DNA of 56,714 nucleotides, the filler included, from Jimgerdemannia flammicorona (taxonomy: Eukaryota): NCBI GenBank assembly GCA_003990765.1. It is 3 parts of 3 records of this genome, joined end to end, with 100 filler letters (N's around TTAATTAATTAA, not from the genome) between each part and the next. Parts side by side here need not be neighbours in the genome. Positions count along the whole stretch, not along the records: positions 1 to 18,840 come from RBNJ01002095.1; positions 18,941 to 37,777 come from RBNJ01002096.1; 1 more part is not named here. The stretch is one strand, 5' to 3'. The notes under the pieces are model-generated. The model had not been told where the DNA came from. It saw only the letters and a list, made by a program, of their open reading frames with translations, and did not search any database. A program made the position numbers and the translations under genes. Position 1 is the stretch's first letter; every line of letters begins with the position of its first letter. Below are positions 14,155 to 25,920 of this stretch, in pieces.

Positions 14155-17100
14155 GTAGACCTCTCTCTCTCCTTAAGTCTCTGCCATCTCAATCTACCTA
14201 CTATTCTTTTTATCTGCATCTCCTCCTCCTCTCTCAATACTTATTGTAACTCTACCACTTCTAGCTTAGCTTGCACTAAACTTCAATCATCCACCTCTCT
14301 AGAATTTTTCAATTAGCTTATTCTATCTGCAATCTGACCAACCTATTGGAAACATATCTCACTCTCTTTCTTCTCTACTATCCAGCATCTCTACTAGTTT
14401 CTCCCTAGTAAACTCTTATAACCTCTTTCAACTTCATCCACTAGATATCTACTGGCAAACTCTCATATATCTAGCTAGTGATCTTTCTTTAAATGTTCTC
14501 TTTTTTTTTTATATAATTTCTTGGACTCTTTCCTTTATTAATATACCTATATATCCTATATATAAAACACTGATCCCACCTCTATCCAATCTCCCTAGAG
14601 AGGTCTCCTACACTTTCTCAGTTAAGACCACTAGATCATTAATCATTACCATCTGCTCACCACTCTGTCTACAAATCTCATCTACCAGATAGCAATAGCA
14701 CCTACTCTGGGAACTCCACTAAATATTCTCAGTTCAAAGGTCTCATGATATCTTCTCTGCCAGCAGGGAGGAGTTAAGACACCAATATCTGAATTCATCT
14801 CCACTACCTCCAAACTATCTCTGCTCTAATAATCTCCAGTAATCTGACCATGGGTACCACTCTATCTTCAAAGTTCTCCAAACATCTATGCTCTAGCATT
14901 CAGTCATCAGTATCCAGTTAATCCTTTACCTAGTCTATTCATCTAGTATATATAAATCCTCTTTTCTCCCCACTATATTCTGCTCATATCTCACAAGGAG
15001 CTAAGGTTCTCTATCTTCTCTTAAGCATTCAGGCCACCACTGCTTCCATCAGTACTCCTCTCTCTATCAGTTCTATCTAACTGAAGATCCTGCACCATAT
15101 TGAAGTTACTCTCCAGAACATCTACCCTATCCTTCAAGAAAATACCCTCCTCTAAGAGACTTTTAATTTATACAATCTACTTACCTCTAGCCATAGAGCA
15201 GTAGTAAGAGCTAACTCTCACTAGTTTCCACCCTGGTCAATGTCATTCCCTCCATACCAAATAGTCTTCCTAGCTCCAAATTCCACTCAATTCCCCTTTA
15301 TTACTCTGTATCAAGACTGCCACTTTGCCAATCCAAGCCATAGCTCCTCTCCATTCTCTAGTTCACTCTACTTGATCTATATTATCCTTGCAATATACAT
15401 CCTACAGCAGAAAGAGATCAGCCTCCAATATTTTAAGACAAGTGAATATATTCTTATACTATCTAGAGCTCTTAACCTATTCATATTCAGAGAAAAAAAT
15501 GTTAGTTATACTATTCATTAGGAATAATATTTGGAAATACTACTCATCTTTAACAAATCTACATTCATCCTCTTTCTCACTATATCTAAGTTATATTCAG
15601 TATTCACTTCCTTCTCTGCAGCTATCTTCACCTTCAATCTAATCAGAAGTTTGGCTATCTTCTTATTCTTCTTTATCTCAACTTCTCTCACTAAGCAGAA
15701 CTTCTATTAAAGCTGTAATCTATAATGCTCTATCTAACAGTATACAGTCTACTCACCAGTGACAATCACCAGCTTGGTCTTTCTCTCTTTATCTACCTTA
15801 TACATCTCCTTCTTCAGGAAAATAGGAAGTATCTCTGCTTTAGTACCTCTATCACCTTATCATAATATAGAATCTATGTTCAATGCTCCTCACTTATCAC
15901 TCTCAGGTCCATCTCTCCCAACTCTTTAGCTATGAAGTTGTTCATCATCCAGCTTATCCACAGGAGATTTCTCATCTTCTTTCCTCTAATAATACTGATC
16001 TTCTTAAATCCAATATTGTGGTATCTGCTTCTATACTTGCAGTCTTATCCTACTCCTTTTCTATTATATCCACTAGCTCATCCTCACCAACTGCCACTAT
16101 CTGAGCCCCTTTTACTATATTTGGAAATCCAAAATATACCAATTAGGTACTATATATTAGTATATTTTCTGCTGCCTAGCTCCTCATAGCAGGATTACAT
16201 CTGATAAGAGAGAGAGTGCCATCTAAGTTCTATTTGCAGACTTTAAACATACTATCTGCATATAGGTCATTGTATAGTGGCTTCCTAGCCCCATCTTGAC
16301 TCTCTTTAATATCCTCTCCACTCTTACTAGTCTAGACACTCACTTCAGTACCCCCAGATTCCTTAACACTACCTACATTCTTCTTTATACTTTCTTCCAA
16401 GCTTACCAATAACTCTCTCTGCCTCTTGTAACTCTGAGCACTCTTCTACTATCTCTTATTAGTGTGGAGATATTTTTTATCTATAATCTCCAAATATATT
16501 AACTTTACATATATCTTCCAGACCTTTGCTCTCTGCTTGACTGCTCCACTTATCTCTTCCAGAGCCTCTATCAGATCCTCCTCCTCTTTCTCACTTTTCT
16601 TTACTCTCAATACCTTACAGATGAAGGCTCTCAACATCAGTACTGAAGGCCAGGTACTTACCCTCCCAGTGATCTCTCTCTCAGTCAGTCTAATCCTGAT
16701 ATCAATATTCCTTATTCTGAAGATAATTTCCTCATACATCTAGAATTTGATATTAATTACATCACTATACTCTATCATCACCTTCTCAATCTTTCTCCTA
16801 GTTTCAGTCTTTATCATAGTAGGTACTCTCTTTACCAGGAGCTAAATCACTCTGAGGTCCTACCTCAGATAGCATACCATAGGGACCACTACTTCCTCTA
16901 CTGTTACTCTTGTCTTCAATGCTTCTTCTATTGAGCCTGCCTTCTCAAAGCCCACCTCAACCTCCTCTAGACCCTTCAGAACTTCACCAAGGCAGTCTCA
17001 GCCACCTACTTAGAGATAAGTTCCAGAACTATCCTTGCTATAACTACCAAACCCTAGAAATACAAAGTTACAGCAAACTCTGAGATCAACTTATTGAGCA

Positions 17101-17655
17101 ATATTACTACTGTTAGCTCCATTATAATATCAGTTAGATCCCCTTTCCTCTTTGGTCCCAATAGTCCAGCTCTTCTATCAATATTCACATCTAGATTTTT
17201 TTCCAGATTCCTAGTTGTGCTACCATCAGTAGTCCTCTCTCTACTCCTAGTATCTGCTCTACCAGCTCTTCTCTCTACTAGCAGAGGAGCTGCACCTCCT
17301 GCTTCTCCTTCTCTCTACTTTCTCTTCTCCTATGTCTGCTTAACATAAGCTCTAATAAGCTAACCTCTAGTCTTTAGCATATTAACAAAGCTCCTCTCTC
17401 TCTGCTCTCCTACCTCTCCTCCAGTACTACTACTACTACCTGAGCTGCTCTGCCCACTCAGATTACTGAAAGACCCCATCTCTAGTCTCTACCATCATCT
17501 AATATATTGTCAGTCAAAGACTCCAGGTCCACCTGATCTAGTACATATATCAGCTTACTTATTAGTTGTTATAACCTTTGTATCTTTCTCTAATAAATAG
17601 TTCAAAAGTATATTTTAAAGTTTATATTATATATATAAATAATAGTAGAGAAAGA
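14155..17655 (-). mobile_element. Degenerate L1/Tx1-like LINE (5' end, ORF1, endonuclease)
   Basis: ORF1 EEEDLIEALEEISGAV (ORF 16449-16739) homologous to 22504-24351; decayed GDFNMV endonuclease motif ~15100; 5' terminus tctttctct at ~17655. Confidence 0.85.
14501..14864 (-). mobile_element. 5'-truncated LINE 3' fragment nested in a LINE
   Basis: Poly(T) at 14501; homologous to window positions 1-250; degenerate TSD tctttaaatgttctc / tcttcaaagttctc. Confidence 0.65.
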
Positions 17656-17884
17656 TACATATTAGTCTTTTACTTATTTTATCTGAGAGAACTAGGTTTG
17701 ATTATCTTAATAAGAGTTTTTTCTTTGTCTCTTACTTTACTTAAAGTAATAAAAGCTATATAAATTGAATTAAGTATAGTTTTATATATATTTGAGTTTT
17801 AGGTATATACTTTTTATTATAGATATATAGTTATTTAGTTTTTAGTAGTAGAAAAAATATAGTATATAAAATGAGATATAGATA

Positions 17885-18065
17885 TTCTTACTATATTATA
17901 TCTAATATGATTGAGCTGTTAGATAATAGCTAGTTTAGATTCATAAAGGTATAGTGCTCAAGAGGAGGTAGAGGAGAGTTTTGGCCTATATAGTCTAAGT
18001 TCTCTTTTAAAAAAAATCTATAGAACTTTGAGACTATTAAAATAATAATAATAATAATAATAACT
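17885..18065 (+). mobile_element. Short LINE/SINE 3' fragment with (AAT)n tail
   Basis: Contains the ttggcctatatagtcta..ttctctt tail shared with 7080 and 37710; flanked by agatatagata direct repeats. Confidence 0.7.
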
Positions 18066-18840
18066 AGATATAGATAACTATACTATATTCAGTATTTATA
18101 TTATTTAATTATACTATATTATTTACTTATTATAATATATAACTCAATTTGTTTAAATTTTTTTTTTTTTTAGCTCTTATGTATAATTTTAAAAAATATA
18201 AACCTTTAAAATTATATCTTTAAATATAGAAATAAAACAGATAAAGAGATAACCTTTATTATATATTTTACTAAAGTAAAAATAAAGAAAGATAAGTATT
18301 CTTTATTAATCTAAATAGTTATATTTTTATATTTCTGATAATATAGCTTAAAAGAATATGTATATCCCTTTGTCTGTAGATAAGATCATCTTTTAAAATC
18401 ATTTAGCAGACAAATTAAAGTTTGAAAAAAATGATTTTTTGAAACATTGTTTTTCTGTTAAAAATATATCTCAATTTATTTAAAAACAAAAAAAAAAAAT
18501 TTGGTAAAATTTTTACCAAAGATAGAATTATTATATAAAAAATTATTGGTAAATTTTTTTTTAAAAGCTATTATGATTTTAAAAGTTATAAACTTTTAAA
18601 ATCTTGCCTCTAAATATAGGTGTAAAAGTCAAAGAGATATAAGTTATAATTATTAAGATATATAAATTTTAATAATTTTAATAATGTTTTTTATTTTATT
18701 AATATTATAAAGTTTAAATATATCTATAAATTAATAAAATTATTAATTTATATAAAATAAGTAAATAAATAATAAATTAATAATAGTTAATATAGAGATA
18801 AGTAATATATAGATAAATTAATAATTATAGATATTTTTTT

Positions 18841-18940
18841 NNNNNNNNNNNNNNNNNNNNNNNNNNNNNNNNNNNNNNNNNNNNTTAATTAATTAANNNN
18901 NNNNNNNNNNNNNNNNNNNNNNNNNNNNNNNNNNNNNNNN
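18841..18940. other. Assembly gap with artificial TTAATTAATTAA linker
   Basis: 100-nt N run with a central all-frame-stop linker. Confidence 0.97.
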
Positions 18941-21900
18941 CCCCCCACCCATCCCCCAACCCCGCCACCAGCTATTCAAAATATCCAACATCAACCATTC
19001 CCACCGGGCCATCTTGTCACTAACTCCAACCCGGCGTCCTTTCTCAAATACATAAACCCAGTACCCAGCTAGTCTAACCTATATAGCCAAAGCCCAACTA
19101 AGGGTCAGCCATTCGTCCCCAACTCCACCCACCAGTCGCCGGTGGAGCTCTCCCCATCTCCCCCCTTCCTCTCCCTCCCCAGCACCCAGCCCTGCCCTGT
19201 CCATAATACCTCTCCAAAACTCCCCCAAAACCTCATATTCACCAAGCCAATGTTCAGGCATTTGTATCACTCTTCCCTCCTGACCAAAATTGAAACAATC
19301 CTCGCACTTGAATACCCCACCATCTACCAAGTGTCCAGACCGATAGTTCAACATCACATTCTGCCATAGAACCTGCCACCACACCACTCAGAACTTGGGG
19401 GGCAGCCACTGCCACACCCATTTGCTCCAAAGCCAGAGTCCATTCCAATCCCACTCCTCCCCAATTCCAACCCTCTGCCAGGCTTCTGGCCACAGGTCCC
19501 CCCCTAGGCCTCGCAGATACTCCAGGCCCTCGCCAAGCTGAAAGTCCTCCACCAGGACCCCACCCAATAGAAGCCTGTCCCACTGCCACATCCGTGGTCC
19601 CCATACCTCCTTGACTTCATCACCTCGCCACTGAAGTCCAATCTTCTTAGCACCATCCACTACCCCCCACCAAAAGCCTGTAAACTGCATCTTCCTGCTC
19701 CCGTCCATGGCCACCATCGCAAGCAGATCCCTGGAACCACCACGTGGGGAGTACCGAACCTCCCACAACCTCTGCATGAGTGGCACCCACTCCCGCCCCC
19801 TGAGCTTGCTCACCCTTCACAGCCACCAGGCCCTCAGACATAGAAGCTGTTTGGTAAAGTCCACTAGGCCCAGCCCACCTCTTTCCAAGGGCAGTGTGAG
19901 CACCTCCCATCCAACCTGGCTTCGCCGCCCTCTCCAGATCCATGACCTCGCTATCTTCAACAACTCCTTAACCACCCAGGGTGGGAAATCCAAATGGTAT
20001 CCAATATACCACAGCTTCGGCATCCAGTACACATTCAACACCATCACCCTTCCAGTAAGGGACATATGCCAGCCTCCCCATCTCAGCAAGACATTACCCC
20101 ACTCCAGAAGTTTACAGTCCCACCATGCCCAGGGAAGAAGAGATCCAAACACCGAGAAGTAGATCCCCAAGTAGCGCACTGGTTCATCCACCAGTACCAC
20201 CATCCCAATAACATTGCCACCAACAATTCCAGTGCCCAGCACCAGTGTCTCGCATTTGTGCCAGTTAAGTTTAGCACCAGAACCCTGCTCATACCATTCC
20301 ACAGTCCTCTGTAACTCTCCTACATCTCTCAAGGAGTCCAGCCCAACCACCATATCATCAGCAAAGGCCCCCACCTTCCAGTTCACCCCTAAAATGTCCA
20401 AGCCTCCAACCTTACACCGAATCCTGTCCAGTAGTGGCTCCAGAGAAAGAGCATACAATATGGGTGACAAGGGGCCCCTTGTAGTACCCCACATCCCAGG
20501 GGAAAGGCCACCCCCCGGTGGCCATTGATGACTAATGCCATCTGACTGACCTCTAAGAGACTGATTAATGATCTTCGGACCCCTGGCGGGATGCCAATCC
20601 ACTTCAGCACTCCCTCCAGCCATATTCTCTGCACTCTATCATAAGCCTTCTCTTGGTCCAGAAACACCAATCTACCATCTACCCCTGTTGCCCGGGCACC
20701 TTCAATCACTCCATAAACCCAGGCTGTCCCATCTCTAATCAACTGACTACTGACAAACCCACATTGCTTCACACCAAGAACCTGCTGAGTGATGCCTTGC
20801 AACCTCATCACCAAAATTTTCATCACCAATTTACGGTCCATGTCAAGAAGTATAATTGGCTGCCAGTTCTTCCAGTCCTCTCACCTACCCTTGTTCTTAA
20901 AGAGCAAAGAGACCAGCCCTAAGCACTGTCCCCCAATCCAGGCACCAGACCAAAGAACTCCATCACACATAGCAGTCATTTCCTCTAGCACCTTACCCAC
21001 CCCAGTCATCTTCCTCCCAAATCCCAGGGAAGCCCATCCTCTCCCAGAGCTGTCCTCTTACTCATTGAGGCCACAACCCTGCAAATCTCCTCACTACTCA
21101 CCGGGTCCCCCAATGTCCCAAGTTCCATCACAGGGTCCGGGTGCCAATCCCCCAGCTGTCTTTCAATGTCCTGGGCATCCAATCCCCCATTCTCCTCACT
21201 CCAAAGATTCCCCCACCGGGTTCGCAGTAGGTCCAGAATCACCGGAGTCTCCACCACCAGCTTGCCATTCTTGTCCAAAACTCCCTCCCACCGCTGCCTC
21301 GTTCATCATGCTTGTAACAACCATGACAAGAATCTGGTAGGCCTCTCCCCCTCCTCAAGCCCCTGCCACCACAGGCGGGCCACCATTCCCTGCAACTGCT
21401 CCTCTTCCTCCCTGTGTAGTACCCCATTGAGCTTCTCCACCTCCTGCCGGATCCTTGCAATATGCCAATCAGTCACGGCCCTATCCTCCAGCACACCTGC
21501 CCATCTCTCCATGAGTGCTGCCAGACACTGCGAGGCCCACAGCACCTGCCACCTTCGCTGGACACACTTCCCTTTCCCTGCTTCCCTCCAATACTCCTGA
21601 GCCCTCGCCTTCAGTCCTCTCCAGCAGTCTCCAATCTCCAGTCCTTGTTCCCACCACCTGCCTATATTTCCAATCACCTCTGATTCCCATCCCTCCCACA
21701 ACACTCTATCCTCCAACAGGGAAGAATTTAGTCACTAATATCCAGGCCCATCCTCATTTCCCCCAAACCTCCCCCCTCCAAGCAGCCCCCAGTGATCAGA
21801 CCACAGACACCATATGACTTCCAGCACCGACTAGACATCTGTTCCCCAACACTCTGCTGTTAGAACCCAGTCAATCCTGGAGCCCAGTCCTGCTGCCCAG

Positions 21901-22472
21901 TGGGTGTACATCCGCTGATCCACCCAAAAATGTCTTCCTGAGTCTACTAGAGAACACAACCTCTCCATCTCCAACCAGTCACCCAACCCACCACTTTCAC
22001 TCCACATGCCTCTCCCTCCATCAGTTCTGTCCAACTCCTTATCCCATACCATGTTGAAGTCACCCCCCATAGAGTCTAACCCAACTTCTCCCAACACACC
22101 AGCCTCTTTCAATCTGTGGATCCATTTCACCCTCTCCCCTCTCTCAGCTGGGCAGTAACAGGACCCGACCATCAGCAGGCCCCATCCAGGCCTCTTTTAC
22201 ACTCCCCACACCACCCGAGACCCCCAATGTCCAATGTTCCCAATGTCCCCCATCCCTTTCTGAATGAGAATACACACTTTCCCCCTCCAAACTGCTGTGC
22301 CCCCCCATTCCTTAGTCCAATCCTGTAAGTCCACATCTGCCTCATAATGAACATTCTGCAGTAAGAAAAGGTCTGCATCCAGTCCCTTAAGCCAACCAAA
22401 TATATACTTCCTCCTAGCCAACCCCTATAGCCCATTAACGTTCAATGAGAAAATCCTAGTTGTACTGTTCAT
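18941..22472 (-). pseudogene. LINE ORF2: AP endonuclease, reverse transcriptase, C-terminal CCHC-like motif; stops and frameshifts
   Basis: MNSTTRIFSLNVNGL, LFLLQNVH, GGDFNMV, SRIDWVL, SDH; FLDQEKAYDRV, PLSPILY, AFADD; CEDC...EHWL. Confidence 0.93.
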
Positions 22473-22503
22473 ATTGAAGAAATGTTGCAATAGAGACCCC
22501 AAC

Positions 22504-24420
22504 CTATAATTCCATACTCATCTCATCCCCCGCCAGATCCAAGTGCCACTCAGTCTCCAATTCACCCTTGGCATTATCCTGAGCATCCAGTGCTCCCAAG
22601 ATTTCCTGACATTCCACCCTGTCCACTTCCTCCATATCAGCCCTGTAGTCTAAGCAGACAGCATGCCACTTCTCCAGTCCCTTCCACGAATTCCACAAGA
22701 ACATTGCTCTGTCACTCACAATCCTCCTAAGTTCCTCCTCCCGCTGATCATCAACCTGATACTCAACCGACTCCAGGAGGACTGCCAGGATCTCATTCCT
22801 CATCTTCCTCGGCACCTCCTCCTCTCGCAGGATCTCCTCCCAATGCTTCTCCTCCAACACCCTGAAGTCCTCACCCCCCAGCTCTTCAGCTGCTACCCCT
22901 TCCAAGGTCTTCCACATCCACTTCTCCTCATCCACTGCCTCCACCGCCCCCTGAGCGATCTGTCCTCCATCCACCTCAGGGTCCACCAGCATGCTCCTTC
23001 TCACCGACTCATCCCACTCCTCATCCGGTACATCCATCAGCTCCTCCTCTCCCTCTGCTCCATCCGGAACACTATACTGAGGGTGCACACCCTCACCCAT
23101 TTCGGCATCCACCTCCAAATTTCCCTCCCTCCCCTCCCCACCTCCAATCCGATCTCCGCTCTGGGTCATCTCTCCCCCCTCAGTCCAGGTGCTCTCCCGC
23201 AACCCTGCAACTCCCTCCCCTGAGCTTCCACTAGCCCCACCCCCACCCAACTTCGCCAACAGCTCCTTCTGGATCCTCCTCCCCTGCATCTTTTCCCAGG
23301 CCCTCTTCTCCATCCAGATCCTCTTTCCATCCACCTCCCCCACCACCATCCTGGCCTCAAACTCCTCCCAGGTCAATCTTCTCCTTGCCACTGCCCCTTC
23401 CAGGTCCTCCAGAGCCTCCAACAGATCCTCCTCCTCCTCCAGAGTCCCCTTCACCCTGGTGACCTTACACTCCACTGGTCCCCACCTCAGTGCTGCTGGC
23501 CAGTCCCTTGACTTCCCCATATTCTCCTTCCCAGCCAGCCTCACCCTGACATCAACATCACCAGTCCTAAGCTCCATGCCCTCCCAGACCTTGAACCCAA
23601 TATCCACAATCTCGCCATACTCCTTAACCACCTCCACAACCAACTCCCTAGTCCTTTCCTTTGACACAGTTGGGAGGTCCAATACCATCAACTGTACTAC
23701 TCGGGGGTCCCAGCGCATGCACTGGGCCATAGGGACCACCACTCTGCCAACCATCACCCCCTTCTCCATGGCTACCAACAAGGCATCTTCCTTCTCAAAC
23801 CCCACCTCAACTCCTTCCTTTCCCCTCAAGAACTTCACCGATGCTGCTCCCTTAGCCTCCTGCACCACCAGCCCCAAAATCATCCTCGCCATCACTGCCA
23901 AGCCCCGGAAGCACATCGTGACCACGAATTCAGACCTCGACTTCTTGAGTAACGGGGCCGACATCATGTCTGTCACCCCATCAGCCAGGTCCCCGGGCCT
24001 CGTGCCTTCTCCAAGTTCTGAATTGCCAACCACCGTCACATCTGGATTTTTTGCCAGATCCCCAGTCACAGCCCCATCAACAGTCACATCTCCAGCCCCT
24101 ACTCTGGCCCCCTCTCTACCACCAGAAGTACCCCGGGGTGCACCTCCCTGACCCCCAGCAGTAGCCATCGATGCCTTCCCCAGGCCCAGCCAACCATCTA
24201 GCCTAGAAGCCATCTTCTCCATTCTGACCTTGTCAGCAAAGGTCGACCTCTCCCCTCCTCTCTGCCTCAGACCGCCCCTTCCTCTGCCACCAGGGCCTTG
24301 GCTAGCCATCAAGGCCCCTGGTATCCCCAAACCATCTCCCCTCCTCCCCACCTACTGCCAGCCAAAGGCGCTATCACCCCCCTGGCCAGTATGCTCACCA
24401 GTTTGATTGTTGCCATCCAT
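22504..24420 (-). CDS. LINE ORF1 (RRM-like region plus acidic/helical C-terminus); one early TAG at 24352-24354
   Basis: 615-aa open frame extended in frame to ATG at 24420 (MDGNNQTG...WQ*VGRR); homologous ORF1 in three other copies. Confidence 0.85.
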
Positions 24421-24499
24421 GTTGTTAGTCGTCAGATACCAAAAATGTTGTAAAAAGTATTGTCTGAGTCTTGTGTCACCCAAATGTTACTGGTGAAAG

Positions 24500-24805
24500 G
24501 GTGCAGATATATCAGTCTCCTTCTACTCTCCAAAGTTCACCAGTATTTTCTTGAAATTTTCTAAAATTTCTTTAAATAAACCACTTATGAGCTGGCTGAA
24601 TTTCTTTCTTGAAGCTTCTATGATATAGGCTCCAGGTGATGAGATATAGTTCTTGGTTCATTTGGATGAGTGGGAAGCAGTCTTTTCTTATAAGAACTCT
24701 TTCTCTTCTCATTGAGTTTGTGGGATTCTTGATAGAATATCTATATTGAAATTCTTAATATCTTTCTTATAGATGATAGTGAACTGATATTCTTACAGAG
24801 ATATG
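24500..24805 (-). mobile_element. Ty3/Gypsy pol fragment (end of RNase H)
   Basis: Minus strand reads L*EYQFTIIYKKDIKNFNIDILSRIP, a decayed LQEY.F.I.YK.G..N..AD.LSR motif. Confidence 0.65.
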
Positions 24806-24809
24806 ATCT

Positions 24810-25920
24810 ATCAGGAGGCAGAGCTTGGGCCATGTGGCTCTGCTGTTTAAGAATAAGAGAAAAAGAGAGGAGTGGAAAAACTGGAGGCTGATCATGCTTC
24901 TGAATATAGATTGCAAACTGGTCATAAAGATACTAGTGGCTAGATAGCAAGGAGTGGCTCAGCAGATTTTAGGGGCTAAGTAGAGAGAATTTATAGGGAG
25001 ATATCAGATCAGAGATAGGATGGCCTGGGTGCATGGTATCATTAAGAGAGCTTATACTACTGGGGTAAATAGATGGCTGGCTTTCTTAGACCAAGAGAAG
25101 GTCTATGACAGAGTCTAGCAAGTGTGGTTGGAAGGAGTACTAAAGCATATTAGAGTCCCTACTAAAGTCTAGTGGGTCTTAGTCAGTCTACTGGAAGGGA
25201 GTCAGATAGTAATTATAGTAAATAGATATAGAGAGGTTTTATTCCCTCTAGACAGGGGTGTGCCACAGGGGGATCCACTATCACCAATTCTGTATACATT
25301 GTCTCTAGAGCCTCTTTTGGATAGGATACAGCATAAGGTAAGGAGGTTAGATATTCTGGGGGTTAATTGGAAAGTGAGAGCCTTTGCTAATAATATAGTA
25401 GTCAGACTGAGGTTAGCTGAGGATGTTGCAGCACTAAAAGGTACAGTAGAGTAGTATGAGGAGTGCTCAGGTACTAAGCTCAACTAGCATAAGTATGAGA
25501 CTTTGGTGTTGGGAGGAGGAATAGTAGATGGAGATATGATTGGAATAATTGTCTCTATAGGAGAGGCTGTTTACTATCTGGGGATTTACTTCTCAGTATA
25601 TGGCTCCTTGTTATCTTATAGATAGTGAGAGCAGTAGTTGACAGAGTGGAAAAGTACTCTCTTGAGATGGAATGGTTGTTATATATCTCTAGTGGGGAGA
25701 GTGATAGTACTGAATATATATTGGCTATCTAAGCTATAGTATCTGAAGTATTACTTAGACTTTCTTATATAGGTGATCAAGTGATTGTTGAAGATGGCCA
25801 GAATCTGAATATGGATAGGATGATAGAGTCAGATTGGTTAGGAGATATTAACCTGGCCAGTAGACCAGAGAGATCTGGGTCTGGTAGATTTTCCCAAGCA
25901 TCTTCATTGCTTAAGAGCAA
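24810..25920 (+). mobile_element. LINE ORF2 RT fragment
   Basis: FLDQEKVYDRV, PQGDPLSPILY, AFANN (decayed FADD). Confidence 0.9.

Larger units (their letters stand above)
18941..24492 (-). mobile_element. Best-preserved L1/Tx1-like LINE (5'UTR-ORF1-ORF2); 3' end lost in the gap
   Basis: 5' terminus ccctttcacc at ~24492, ORF1, ~30-nt spacer, then ORF2 with APE, RT and C-terminal Zn motif. Confidence 0.93.

Noticed and set aside
18885..18896. TTAATTAATTAA palindrome as a biological motif (also 37822-37833)
   Set aside because: It sits in the centre of 100-nt N gaps and is an artificial linker; adjacency across these gaps is not guaranteed
22663..24151. Long plus-strand ORFs (186 aa, 320 aa) as antisense genes
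   Set aside because: Shadow frames of the purine-rich LINE ORF1; S/P/L-rich with no motifs
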